64,000 nt of DNA. It comes from Eledone cirrhosa. Its lineage: Eukaryota. The stretch spans positions 201,686,001 to 201,750,000 of the forward strand of contig OZ024742.1 in NCBI GenBank assembly GCA_964016885.1, given 5' to 3'. Positions 42,497-60,400 of this stretch are shown here, one piece after another. Under the pieces are notes generated by a model. That model did no database searches, had not been told where the DNA came from, and saw only the letters and a program-made list of their open reading frames with translations. The position numbers were made by a program, and so were the translations under genes. Each line of letters begins with the position of its first letter. The first letter of the stretch is position 1.

Positions 42497-45400
42497 ATGG
42501 CACCACCAGTACCAACTCCAACACAGCTACTACCATCCACAAAACCCCCCAACACTATTACTTCCACCAATAACACCTCCACTACTGTTACCACCACGAT
42601 AATATGCACTATCATTACTACTATCGCCAATACCAGCGCCACCAACACAACCACCACAGCCACCACTATAACAACATATACCACAACAACATCCACTAAC
42701 TACATAACCACCACTACTATGACTACTACTTCTACCACTACAGACACAACCACTACTACAACTACAACCACCACCACAGCAGCCACAACCACTACTATGA
42801 CTACTACAACCACCACTACAGCCACAACCACTACTATGACAACTACCACCAACATCATCACCACAACCACCTTTACAACCACTACAACCACAACCAATAC
42901 TATGATTACTAACACCACCACTACAGCCACAACCATTACTATGACTACTACCACCACCACAACAGCCACAACCATTACTATCACGACTACCACCACCACT
43001 TCAGTCACAACCACTACTATGATTACTACCACCACCACTACAGGCACAACAACTACCATGATTACTACTACCACAACTACAGCCACAACCATTACTATCA
43101 CTACTACCACCACCACTACAGCCACAACCACTACTATGATTACTACAACCACCACAGCAGCCACAACCACTACTATGACTACTACCACTACCACAGCAGC
43201 CACAACCACTACTATGACTACTACCACCACCACTAAGCCATAACCATTACTATGGATACTACCACAACCACTACAGCCACAACCATTACTATGACTACTA
43301 CCACCACCACTACAGCCACAACCATTACTATGACTACCACCACCACAACTACAGCCACAACCACTACTATGACTACTACCAGCACCACAACAGCCACAAC
43401 AATAACTATGACAACTACCACCACCACTACAGCCACAACCATTACTATGACTACTACCACCACCACTAAAGCCACAACCATTACTATGACTACTACCACC
43501 AACACTACAGCCACAACCATTACTATGACTACCACCACCACAACTACAGCCACAACCACTACTATGACTACTACCACCACCACTACAGCCACAACCATTA
43601 CTATGACTACTACCACCAACACTGCAGCCACAACCATTACTATGACTACTACCACCACCACTACAGCCAAAACCATTACTATGACTACTACCACCACCAC
43701 CACTGCAGCCACAACCACTACTATGACTACTACCACCAATACTGCAGCCACAACCATTACTATGACTAATACCACCACCACTACAGCCACAACCATTACT
43801 ATAACTACTAACACCACCACTACAGCCACAACCACTACTATGACTACTACCACCACCACTACAGCCACAACCACTACTACGACTACTACCACCACCACTA
43901 CAGCCACATCCTCTACTATGACTACTACCACCACTACAGCCACAACCACTACTATGACTACTACCACCACCACTAGAGCTACATCCACTACTATGACTAC
44001 TACCACCACTATTACAGCCACAACCACTACTATGACTACTACCACCACCACTACAGCCACAACCACTACTATGACTACTACCACCACCACTACAGCCACA
44101 ACCACTACTATGACTACAACCACCACTACAGCCACAACCACTACTATGACTACTACCACCACCACTAGAGCTACATCCACTACTATGACTACTACCACCA
44201 CTATTACAGCCACAACCACTACTATGACTACTACCACCACAACTACAGCCACAACCACTACCATGACTACTACCACCACCACTACAGCCACAAGCACTAC
44301 TATGACTACTACCACCACCACTACAGCCACAACCATTACTATGACGACTACCACCACCACTACAGCCACAACCATTACTATGACTACTACCACCACCACT
44401 ACAGCCACAACCATTACTATGACTACTACCACCACCACTACAGCCACAACCATTACTATGACTACTACCACCACCACTACAGCCACAACCACTACTATGA
44501 CTACTACCACCACCACTACAGCCACAACCACTACTATGACTACTACCACCACCCTACAGCCACAACCATTACTATGACTACTACCACCAACACTGCAGCC
44601 ACAACCATTACTATGACTACTACCACCACCACTACAGCCACAACCACTACAATAATTACTACCACCACCACTACAGCCACAACCATTACTATGACTGCTA
44701 CCACCACCACTACAGCCACATCCTCTACTATGACTACTACCACCACCACTAAAGACACAACCACTACTATGACTACTACCACCACCACTACAGCCACAAC
44801 CACTACTATAATTACTACCACCACCACTACAGCCACAACCACTACTATGACTACTAGCACCACCACTAGAGCTACATCCACTACTATGACTACTACCACC
44901 ACCACTACAGCTACAACCATTACTATGACTACTACCACCACTATGAGAGCCACACCATTACTATGACTACTACCACCACCACTACAGCCACAACCATTAC
45001 TATGACTACTACCACCACCACTACAGCTACAACCACTACTATAATTACTACCACCACCACTACAGCCACCAGCATTACTATGACTACTACCACCACCACT
45101 ACAGCCACAACCACTACTAAAAGTACTAACACCACCACTACAGCCACAACCACTACTATAATTACTACCACCACCACTACAGCCACCAGCATTACTATGA
45201 CTACTACCACCACCACTACAGTCACAACAACTACTATGACTACTACCACCACCACTAGAGCTACATCCACTACTATGACTACAGCCACCACAGCCACAAC
45301 CATTACTATGACTACTACCACCACCACTACAGCCATCACCATTACTATGACTAGTACCACCACTACTGCAGCCACAACCACTACTATGACTACTACCACT

Positions 45401-48400
45401 ACCACTACAGCCACAACCATTACTATGACAATTACCACCACCACTACAGCCACAACCATTACTATGACTACTACCACCACCACTACAGCCACAACCATTA
45501 CTATGACTACTACCACCACCACTACAGCCACAAACACTACTATGACTACTACCACCACCACTACAGCCACATCCTCTACTATGACTACTACCACCACTAC
45601 AGCCATAACCACTACTATGACTACTACCACCACCACTAGAGCTACATCCACTACTATGACCACTACCACCACTATTACAGCCACAACCACTACTATGACT
45701 ACTACCACCACCACTACAGCCACAACCACTACTATGACTACTACCACCACCACTACAGCCACAACCACTACTATGACTACTACCACCACTACAGCTACAA
45801 CCACTACAATGACTACTACCACCACCACTAGAGCTACATCCACTACTATGACTACTACCACCACTATTACAGCCACAACCACTACTATGACTACTACCAC
45901 CACAACTACAGCCACAAGCACTACTATGACTACTACCACCACCACTACAGCCACAACCACTACTATGACTACTACCACCACCACTACAGCCACAACCATT
46001 ACTATGACTACTACCACCACCACTACAGCCACAACCATTACTATGACTACTACCACCACCACTACAGCCACAACCATTACTATGACTACTACCACCACCA
46101 CTACAGCCACAACCCTTACTATGACTACTACCACCACCACTACAGCCACAACCACTACTATGACTACTACCACCACCACTACAGCCACAACCACTACTAT
46201 GACTACTACCACCACCCTACAGCCACAACCATTACTATGACTACTACCACCACCTCTACAGCCACAACCATTACTATGACTACTACCACCACCACTACAG
46301 CCACAACCACTACTATGACTACTATCACCAACACTGCAGCCACAACCATTACTATGACTACTACCACCACCACTACAGCCACAACCACTACTATAATTAC
46401 TACCACCACCACTACAGCCACAACCATTACTATGACTGCTACCACCACCACTACAGCCACATCCTCTACTATGACTACTACCACCACCACTACAGCCACA
46501 ACCATTACTATGACTACTACCACCACCACTACAGCCACAACCACTACTATAATTACTACCACCACCACTACAGCTACAACCACTACTATGACTACTAGCA
46601 CCACCACTAGAGCTACATCCACTACTATGACTACTACCACCACCACTACAGCTACAACCATTACTATGACTACTACCACCACTATGAGAGCCACATCCAT
46701 TACTATGACTACTACCACCACCACTACAGCCACAACCATTACTATGACTACTACCACCACCACTACAGCCACAACCACTACTATAATTACTACCACCACC
46801 AGCATTACTATGACTACTACCACCACCACTACAGCCACAACCACTACTATGACTACTACCACCACCACTAGAGCTACATCCACTACTATGACCACTACCA
46901 CCACCACTACAGCTACAACCATTACTATGACTACTACCACCACTATGACAGCCACAACCACTACTATGACTACAGCCACCACAGCCACAACCATTACTAT
47001 GACTACTACCACCACCACTACAGCCATCACCATTACTATGACTAGTACCACCACTACTGCAGCCACAACCACTACTATGACTAATACCACCACCACTACA
47101 GCCACAACCATTACTATGACAATTACCACCACCACTACAGCCACAACCATCACTATGACTACTACCACCACCACTAGAGCCACAACCATTACTATGCCTA
47201 CTACCACCACCACTACAGCCACAACCACTAATATGACTACTACCACCAACACTGCAGCCACAACCATTACTATGGCTACTACCACCAACACTGCAGCCAC
47301 AATCATTACTATGACTACTACCACCACCACTACAGCCACAACCACTACTATGACTACTACCACCAACACTACAGCCACAACCACTACTATGACTACTACC
47401 ACCAACACTGCAGCCACAACCATTACTATGGCTACTACCACCAACACTGCAGCCACAACCATTACTATGACTACTACCACCACCACTACAGCCACAACCA
47501 CTACTATGACTACTAGCACCACCACTAGAGCTACATCCACTACTATGACTACTACCACCACCACTACAGCTACAACCATTACTATGCCTACTACCACCAC
47601 CACTACAGCCACAACCACTAATATGACTACTACCACCAACAGTGCAGCCACAACCATTACTATGACTACTACCACCACCACTACAGCTACAACCACTACT
47701 ATAATTACTACCACCACCACTAGAGCCACCAGCATTACTATGACTACTGCCACCACCACTACAGTCACAACCACTACTATGACTACTACCACCACCACTA
47801 GAGCTACATCCACTACTATGACTACAGCCACCACAGCCACAACCATTACTATGACTACTACCACCACCACTACAGCCATCACCATTACTATGACTAGTAC
47901 CACCACTACTGCAGCCACAACCACTACTATGACTACTACCACTACCACTACAGCCACAACCATTACTATGACAATTACCACCACCACTACAGCCACAACC
48001 ATTAATATGACTACTACCACCACCACTACAGCCACAACCATTACTATGACTACTACCACCACCACTACAGCCACAACCACTACTATGACTACTACCACCA
48101 CCACTACAGCCACAACCACTACTATGACTACTACCACCACCACTACAGCCACAACCACTACTATGACTACTACCACCACCACTACAGCCACAACCACTAC
48201 TATAATTACTACCACCACCACTACAGCCACAACCACTACTATGACTACTAGCACCACCACTAGAGCTACATCCACTACTATGACTACTACCACCACCACT
48301 ACAGCTACAACCATTACTATGACTACTACCACCACTATGAGAGCCACAACCATTACTATGACTACTACCACCACCACTACAGCCACAACCATTACTATGA

Positions 48401-51400
48401 CTACTACCACCACCACTACAGCCACAACCACTACTATAATTACTATCACCACCACTACAGCCACCAGCATTACTATGACTACTACCACCACCACTACAGC
48501 CACAACCACTACTAAAACTACTAACACCACCACTACAGCCACAACCACTACTATAATTACTAGCACCACCAGCATTACTATGACTACTACCACCACCACT
48601 ACAGCCACAACCACTACTATGACTACTACCACCACCACTAGAGCTACATCCACTACTATGACCACTACCACCACCACTACAGCTACAACCATTACTATGA
48701 CTACTACCACCACTATGACAGCCACAACCACTACTATGACTACAGCCACCACAGCCACAACCATTACTATGACTACTACCACCACCACTACAGCCATCAC
48801 CATTACTATGACTAGTACCACCACTACTGCAGCCACAACCACTACTATGACTACTACCACCACCACTACAGCCACAACCATTACTATGACAATTACCACC
48901 ACCACTACAGCCACAACCATTACTATGACTACTACCACCACCACTAGAGCCACAACCATTACTATGCCTACTACCACCACCACTACAGCCACAACCACTA
49001 ATATGACTACTACCACCAACACTGCAGCCACAACCATTACTATGGCTACTACCACCAACACTGCAGCCACAATCATTACTATGACTACTACCACCACCAC
49101 TACAGCCACAACCACTACTATGACTACTACCACCAACACTACAGCCACAACCACTACTATGACTACTACCACCAACACTGCAGCCACAACCATTACTATG
49201 GCTACTACGACCAACACTGCAGCCACAACCATTACTATGACTACTACCACCACCACTACAGCCACAACCACTACTATGACTACTAGCACCACCACTAGAG
49301 CTACATCCACTACTATGACTACTACCACCACCACTACAGCCACAACCACTACTATGACTACTACCGCCACTATGAGAGCCACACCATTACTATGACTACT
49401 ACCACCACCACTACAGCTACAGCCACTACTATAATTACTACCACCACCACTAGAGCTACATCCACTACTATGACTACAGCCACCACAGCCACCAGCATTA
49501 CTATGACTACTGCCACCACCACTACAGTCACAACCAATACTATGACTTCTACCACCACCACTAGAGCTACATCCACTACTATGACTACAGCCACCACAGC
49601 CACAACCATTACTATGACTACTACCACCACCACTACAGCCATCACCATTACTATGACTAGTACCACCACTACTGCAGCCACAACCACTACTATGACTACT
49701 ACCACTACCACTACAGCCACAACCATTACTATGACAATTACCACCACCACTACAGCCACAACCATTACTATGACTACTACCACCACCACTACAGCCACAA
49801 CCATTACTATGACTACTACCACCACCACTACAGCCACAACCACTACTATGACTACTACCACCACCACTACAGCCACAACCACTACTATGACTACTACCAC
49901 CACCACTACAGCCACAACCACAACTATGACTACTACCACCACCACTACAGCCACATCCTCTACTATGACTACTACCACCACTACAGCCATAACCACTACT
50001 ATGACTACTACCACCACCACTAGAGCTACATCCACTACTATGACCACTACCACCACTATTACAGCCACAACCACTACTATGACTACTACCACCACCACTA
50101 CAGCCACAACCACTACTATGACTACTACCACCACCACTACAGCCACAACCACTACTATGACTACTACCACCACTACAGCTACAACCACTACTATGAATAC
50201 TACCACCACCACTAGAGCTACATCCACTACTATGACTACTACCACCACTATTACAGCCACAACCACTACTATGACTACTACCACCACAACTACAGCCACA
50301 AGCACTACTATGACTACTACCACCACCACTACAGCCACAACCACTACTATGACTACTACCACCACCACTACAGCCACAACCATTACTATGACTACTACCA
50401 CCACCACTACAGCCACAACCATTACTATGACTACTACCACCACCACTACAGCCACAACCATTACTATGACTACTACCACCACCACTACAGCCACAACCAC
50501 TACTATGACTACTACCACCACCACTACAGCCACAACCACTACTATGACTACTACCACCAACACTGCAGCCACAACCATTACTATGGCTACTACCACCAAC
50601 ACTGCAGCCACAACCATTACTATGACTACTACCACCACCACTACAGCCACAACCACTACTATGACTACTAGCACCACCACTAGAGCTACATCCACTACTA
50701 TGACTACTACCACCACCACTACAGCTACAACCATTACTATGACTACTACCACCACTATGAGAGCCACACCATTACTATGACTACTACCACCACCACTACA
50801 GCCACAACCATTACTATGACTACTACCACCACCACTACAGCTACAACCACTACTATAATTACTACCACCACCACTAGAGCCACCAGCATTACTATGACTA
50901 CTGCCACCACCACTACAGTCACAACCACTACTATGACTACTACCACCACCACTAGAGCTACATCCACTACTATGACTACAGCCACCACAGCCACAACCAT
51001 TACTATGACTACTACCACCACCACTACAGCCATCACCATTACTATGACTAGTACCACCACTACTGCAGCCACAACCACTACTATGACTACTACCACAACC
51101 ACTACAGCCACAACAATAACTATAACAATTACCACCACCACTAAAGCCACAACCATTACTATGACTACTACCACCACCACTACAGCCAAAACCATTACTA
51201 TGACTACTACCACCACCACTACAGCCACAACCACTACTATGACTACTACCACCACCACTACAGCCACAACCACTACTATGACTACTACCACCACCACTAC
51301 AGCCACAACCACTACTATGACTACTACCACCACCACTACAGCCACATCCTCTACTATGACTACTACCACCACTACAGCCATAACCACTACTATGACTACT

Positions 51401-54400
51401 ACCACCACCACTAGAGCTACATCCACTACTATGACCACTACCACCACTATTACAGCCACAACCACTACTATGACTACTACCACCACCACTACAGCCACAA
51501 CCACTACTATGACTACTACCACCACCACTACAGCCACAACAACTACTATGACTACTACCACCACTACAGCTACAACCACTACTATGACTACTACCACCAC
51601 CACTAGAGCTACATCCACTACTATGACTACTACCACCACAACTACAGCCACAATCACTACTATGACTACTACCACCACCACTACAGCCACAACCACTACT
51701 ATGACTACTACCACCACCACTACAGCCACAACCATTAATATGACTACTACCACCACCACTACAGCCACAACCATTTCTATGACTACTACCACCACCACTA
51801 CAGCCACAACCATTACTATGACTACTACCACCACCACTACAGCCACAACCATTACTATGACTACTACCACCACCACTACAGCCACAACCACTACTATGAC
51901 TACTACCACCACCACTACAGCCACAACCACTACTATGACTACTACCACCACCCTACAGCCACAACCATTACTATGACTACTACCACCACCTCTACAGCCA
52001 CAACCATTACTTTGACTACTACCACCACCACTACAGCCACAACCACTACTATGACTACTACCATAAACACTGCAGCCACAACCATTACTATGACTACTAC
52101 CTCCACCACTACAGCCACAACCACTACTATAATTACTACCACCACCACTACAGCCACAACCATTACTATGACCGCTACCACCACCACTACAGCCACATCC
52201 TCTACTATGACTACTACCACCACCACTACAGCCACAACCACTACTATGACTACTACCACCACCACTACAGCCACAACCACTACTATAATTACTACCACCA
52301 CCACTACAGCCACAACCACTACTATGACTACTAGCACCACCACTAGAGCTACATCCACTACTATGACTACTACCACCACCACTACAGCTACAACCATTAC
52401 TATGACTACTACCACCACTATGAGAGCCACAACCATTACTATGACTACTACCACCACCACTACAGCCACAACCATTACTATAACTACTACCACCACCACT
52501 ACAGCCACAACCACTACTATAATTACTACCACCATCACTACAGCCACCAGCATTACTATGACTACTACCACCACCACTACAGCCACAACCACTACTAAAA
52601 CTACTAACACCACCACTACAGCCACAACCACTACTATAATTACTACCACCACCAGCATTACTATGAATACTACCACCACCACTACAGCCACAACCACTAC
52701 TATGACTACTACCACCACCACTAGAGCTACATCCACTACTATGACCACTACCACCACCACTACAGCTACAACCATTACTATGACTACTACCACCACTATG
52801 ACAGCCACAACCAATACCATGACTACAGCCACCACAGCCACAACCATTACTATGAGTACTACCACCACCACTACAGCCATCACCATTACTATGACTAGTA
52901 CCACCACTACTGCAGCCACAACCACTACTATGACTACTACCACCACCACTACAGCCACAACCATTACTATGACAATTACCACCACCACTACAGCCACAAC
53001 CATTATTATGACTACTACCACCACCACTACAGCCACAACCACTAATATGACTACTACCACCAACACTGCAGCCACAACCATTACTATGGCTACTACCACC
53101 AACACTGCAGCCACAACCATTACTATGACTACTACCACCACCACTACAGCTACAACCACTACTATGACTCCTACCACCACCACTACAGCCACAACCACTA
53201 CTATGACTACTACCACAACCACTGCAGCCACAACCATTACTATGACCACAACCATTACTATGACCACCACCAATACAGCCACCAGCATTACTATGACTAC
53301 TACCACCACCACTACAGCCACGACCACTACTACAACTACTCACAGCACCACTACAGCCACAACCACTACTATGACTACTACCACCACTACTACCGCACAA
53401 CCATTACTATGACTACTACCACCACCACTGCAGCCACAACCACTACTATGAGTACTAACACCACCACTACAGCTACAACCACTACTATGATTACTGCGAC
53501 CACCACTACAGTAACAACCATTACTATGACTACTACCACCAACACTACTACAGCCACAACCACTACTATGACTACTACCACCACCACTACAGCCACAACC
53601 ATTACTAGAACTAATACCACCACCACTACAGCTACAACCATTACTATAACTACTACCACCACCACTACAGCCACAACAACTATTAAGACTACCACCACCA
53701 CCACTACAGCCACAACCATTACTATGACTACTACCACCACCACTACAGCCACAGCCACTACTATGACTACTACCACCAACACTGCAGCCACAACCATTAC
53801 TATAACTAGTACCACCACCACTAGAGCCGCAACCATTACTATGACTACCACCACCACAACTACAGCCACAACCACTACAATGACTACTACAACCACCACT
53901 ACAGCCACAACCACTACTATGACTACTACCAACACCAACACTGCAGCCACAACCATTACTATGACTACTACCACCACCACTACAGCCACAACCACTACTA
54001 TGACTACTACCACCACCACTACAGCCACAACCACTATTATGACTACTACCACCACCACTACAGCCACAACCACTACTATGACTACTACCACCACCACTAG
54101 AGCTACATCCACTACTATGACTTACCACCACCACTACAGCCACAACCATTACTATGACTACTACCACCACCACTACAGCCACAACCACTACTATGACTAC
54201 TACCACCACCACTACAGCCACAACCACTACTATGACTACTACCACCACCACTACAGCCACAACCATTACTATGACTACTACCACCACCACTACAGCCATC
54301 ACCATTACTATGACTACTACCACCACCACTACAGCCACAACCACTACTATGACTACTCCCACCTCCACTACAGCCACAACCACTACTATGACTACTACCA

Positions 54401-57400
54401 CCACCACTACAGCCACAACCACTACTATGACTACGACCACCACCACTACAGCCACAACAACTATTAAGACTACTACCACCACTACTACAGCCACAACCGT
54501 TACTATGACTACTACCACCACCACTACAGCCACAACCATTACTATGACTACTACCACCACCACTACAGCCACAACCACTACAATAACTACTAACACCACC
54601 TCTACAGCCACAACCATTACTATGACTACTACCACCACCACTACTACAGCCACAACCACTACTATGACTACTACCACCACCACTACAGCCACAACCATTA
54701 CTATGACTACTACCACCACCACTACAGCCATCACCATTACTATGACTACTACCACCACCACTACAGCCACAACCACTACTATGACTACTCCCACCTCCAC
54801 TACAGCCACAACCACTACTATGACTACTACCACCACCACTACAGCCACAACCACTACTATGACTACGACCACCACCACTACAGCCACAACAACTATTAAG
54901 ACTACTACCACCACTACTACAGCCACAACCGTTACTATGACTACTACCACCACCACTACAGCCACAACCATTACTATGACTACTACCACCAACACTACAG
55001 CCACAACCACTACTATAACTACTAACACCACCTCTACAGCCACAACCATTACTATGAGTACTACCACCACCACCACTACAGCCACAACCACTAATATGAC
55101 TACTACCACCACCACTACAGCCACAACCACTACTATGACTACTACCACCAACACTACAGCCACAACCACTACTATGACTTCTACCACCACCACTTCAGTC
55201 ACAACCACTACTATGACTACTACCACCACCACTAGAGCTACATCCACTACTATGACCACTACCACCACTATTACAGCCACAACCACTACTATGACTACTA
55301 CCACCACCACTACAGCCACAACCACTACTATGACTACTACCACCACCACTACAGCCACAACCACTACTATGACTACTACCACCACTACAGCTACAACCAC
55401 TACTATGAATACTACCACCACCACTAGAGCTACATCCACTACTATGACTACTACCACCACTATTACAGCCACAACCACTACTATGACTACTACCACCACA
55501 ACTACAGCCACAAGCACTACTATGACTACTACCACCACCACTACAGCCACAACCACTACTATGACTACTACCACCACCACTACAGCCACAACCATTACTA
55601 TGACTACTACCACCACCACTACAGCCACAACCATTACTATGACTACTACCACCACCACTACAGCCACAACCATTACTATGACTACTACCACCACCACTAC
55701 AGCCACAACCACTACTATGACTACTACCACCACCACTACAGCCACAACCACTACTATGACTACTACCACCAACACTGCAGCCACAACCATTACTATGGCT
55801 ACTACCACCAACACTGCAGCCACAACCATTACTATGACTACTACCACCACCACTACAGCCACAACCACTACTATGACTACTAGCACCACCACTAGAGCTA
55901 CATCCACTACTATGACTACTACCACCACCACTACAGCTACAACCATTACTATGACTACTACCACCACTATGAGAGCCACACCATTACTATGACTACTACC
56001 ACCACCACTACAGCCACAACCATTACTATGACTACTACCACCACCACTACAGCTACAACCACTACTATAATTACTACCACCACCACTAGAGCCACCAGCA
56101 TTACTATGACTACTGCCACCACCACTACAGTCACAACCACTACTATGACTACTACCACCACCACTAGAGCTACATCCACTACTATGACTACAGCCACCAC
56201 AGCCACAACCATTACTATGACTACTACCACCACCACTACAGCCATCACCATTACTATGACTAGTACCACCACTACTGCAGCCACAACCACTACTATGACT
56301 ACTACCACAACCACTACAGCCACAACAATAACTATAACAATTACCACCACCACTAAAGCCACAACCATTACTATGACTACTACCACCACCACTACAGCCA
56401 AAACCATTACTATGACTACTACCACCACCACTACAGCCACAACCACTACTATGACTACTACCACCACCACTACAGCCACAACCACTACTATGACTACTAC
56501 CACCACCACTACAGCCACAACCACTACTATGACTACTACCACCACCACTACAGCCACATCCTCTACTATGACTACTACCACCACTACAGCCATAACCACT
56601 ACTATGACTACTACCACCACCACTAGAGCTACATCCACTACTATGACCACTACCACCACTATTACAGCCACAACCACTACTATGACTACTACCACCACCA
56701 CTACAGCCACAACCACTACTATGACTACTACCACCACCACTACAGCCACAACAACTACTATGACTACTACCACCACTACAGCTACAACCACTACTATGAC
56801 TACTACCACCACCACTAGAGCTACATCCACTACTATGACTACTACCACCACAACTACAGCCACAATCACTACTATGACTACTACCACCACCACTACAGCC
56901 ACAACCACTACTATGACTACTACCACCACCACTACAGCCACAACCATTAATATGACTACTACCACCACCACTACAGCCACAACCATTTCTATGACTACTA
57001 CCACCACCACTACAGCCACAACCATTACTATGACTACTACCACCACCACTACAGCCACAACCATTACTATGACTACTACCACCACCACTACAGCCACAAC
57101 CACTACTATGACTACTACCACCACCACTACAGCCACAACCACTACTATGACTACTACCACCACCCTACAGCCACAACCATTACTATGACTACTACCACCA
57201 CCTCTACAGCCACAACCATTACTTTGACTACTACCACCACCACTACAGCCACAACCACTACTATGACTACTACCATAAACACTGCAGCCACAACCATTAC
57301 TATGACTACTACCTCCACCACTACAGCCACAACCACTACTATAATTACTACCACCACCACTACAGCCACAACCATTACTATGACCGCTACCACCACCACT

Positions 57401-60400
57401 ACAGCCACATCCTCTACTATGACTACTACCACCACCACTACAGCCACAACCACTACTATGACTACTACCACCACCACTACAGCCACAACCACTACTATAA
57501 TTACTACCACCACCACTACAGCCACAACCACTACTATGACTACTAGCACCACCACTAGAGCTACATCCACTACTATGACTACTACCACCACCACTACAGC
57601 TACAACCATTACTATGACTACTACCACCACTATGAGAGCCACAACCATTACTATGACTACTACCACCACCACTACAGCCACAACCATTACTATAACTACT
57701 ACCACCACCACTACAGCCACAACCACTACTATAATTACTACCACCATCACTACAGCCACCAGCATTACTATGACTACTACCACCACCACTACAGCCACAA
57801 CCACTACTAAAACTACTAACACCACCACTACAGCCACAACCACTACTATAATTACTACCACCACCAGCATTACTATGAATACTACCACCACCACTACAGC
57901 CACAACCACTACTATGACTACTACCACCACCACTAGAGCTACATCCACTACTATGACCACTACCACCACCACTACAGCTACAACCATTACTATGACTACT
58001 ACCACCACTATGACAGCCACAACCAATACCATGACTACAGCCACCACAGCCACAACCATTACTATGAGTACTACCACCACCACTACAGCCATCACCATTA
58101 CTATGACTAGTACCACCACTACTGCAGCCACAACCACTACTATGACTACTACCACCACCACTACAGCCACAACCATTACTATGACAATTACCACCACCAC
58201 TACAGCCACAACCATTATTATGACTACTACCACCACCACTACAGCCACAACCACTAATATGACTACTACCACCAACACTGCAGCCACAACCATTACTATG
58301 GCTACTACCACCAACACTGCAGCCACAACCATTACTATGACTACTACCACCACCACTACAGCTACAACCACTACTATGACTCCTACCACCACCACTACAG
58401 CCACAACCACTACTATGACTACTACCACAACCACTGCAGCCACAACCATTACTATGACCACAACCATTACTATGACCACCACCAATACAGCCACCAGCAT
58501 TACTATGACTACTACCACCACCACTACAGCCACGACCACTACTACAACTACTCACAGCACCACTACAGCCACAACCACTACTATGACTACTACCACCACT
58601 ACTACCGCACAACCATTACTATGACTACTACCACCACCACTGCAGCCACAACCACTACTATGAGTACTAACACCACCACTACAGCTACAACCACTACTAT
58701 GATTACTGCGACCACCACTACAGTAACAACCATTACTATGACTACTACCACCAACACTACTACAGCCACAACCACTACTATGACTACTACCACCACCACT
58801 ACAGCCACAACCATTACTAGAACTAATACCACCACCACTACAGCTACAACCATTACTATAACTACTACCACCACCACTACAGCCACAACAACTATTAAGA
58901 CTACCACCACCACCACTACAGCCACAACCATTACTATGACTACTACCACCACCACTACAGCCACAGCCACTACTATGACTACTACCACCAACACTGCAGC
59001 CACAACCATTACTATAACTAGTACCACCACCACTAGAGCCGCAACCATTACTATGACTACCACCACCACAACTACAGCCACAACCACTACAATGACTACT
59101 ACAACCACCACTACAGCCACAACCACTACTATGACTACTACCAACACCAACACTGCAGCCACAACCATTACTATGACTACTACCACCACCACTACAGCCA
59201 CAACCACTACTATGACTACTACCACCACCACTACAGCCACAACCACTATTATGACTACTACCACCACCACTACAGCCACAACCACTACTATGACTACTAC
59301 CACCACCACTAGAGCTACATCCACTACTATGACTTACCACCACCACTACAGCCACAACCATTACTATGACTACTACCACCACCACTACAGCCACAACCAC
59401 TACTATGACTACTACCACCACCACTACAGCCACAACCACTACTATGACTACTACCACCACCACTACAGCCACAACCATTACTATGACTACTACCACCACC
59501 ACTACAGCCATCACCATTACTATGACTACTACCACCACCACTACAGCCACAACCACTACTATGACTACTCCCACCTCCACTACAGCCACAACCACTACTA
59601 TGACTACTACCACCACCACTACAGCCACAACCACTACTATGACTACGACCACCACCACTACAGCCACAACAACTATTAAGACTACTACCACCACTACTAC
59701 AGCCACAACCGTTACTATGACTACTACCACCACCACTACAGCCACAACCATTACTATGACTACTACCACCACCACTACAGCCACAACCACTACAATAACT
59801 ACTAACACCACCTCTACAGCCACAACCATTACTATGACTACTACCACCACCACTACTACAGCCACAACCACTACTATGACTACTACCACCACCACTACAG
59901 CCACAACCATTACTATGACTACTACCACCACCACTACAGCCATCACCATTACTATGACTACTACCACCACCACTACAGCCACAACCACTACTATGACTAC
60001 TCCCACCTCCACTACAGCCACAACCACTACTATGACTACTACCACCACCACTACAGCCACAACCACTACTATGACTACGACCACCACCACTACAGCCACA
60101 ACAACTATTAAGACTACTACCACCACTACTACAGCCACAACCGTTACTATGACTACTACCACCACCACTACAGCCACAACCATTACTATGACTACTACCA
60201 CCAACACTACAGCCACAACCACTACTATAACTACTAACACCACCTCTACAGCCACAACCATTACTATGAGTACTACCACCACCACCACTACAGCCACAAC
60301 CACTAATATGACTACTACCACCACCACTACAGCCACAACCACTACTATGACTACTACCACCAACACTACAGCCACAACCACTACTATGACTTCTACCACC

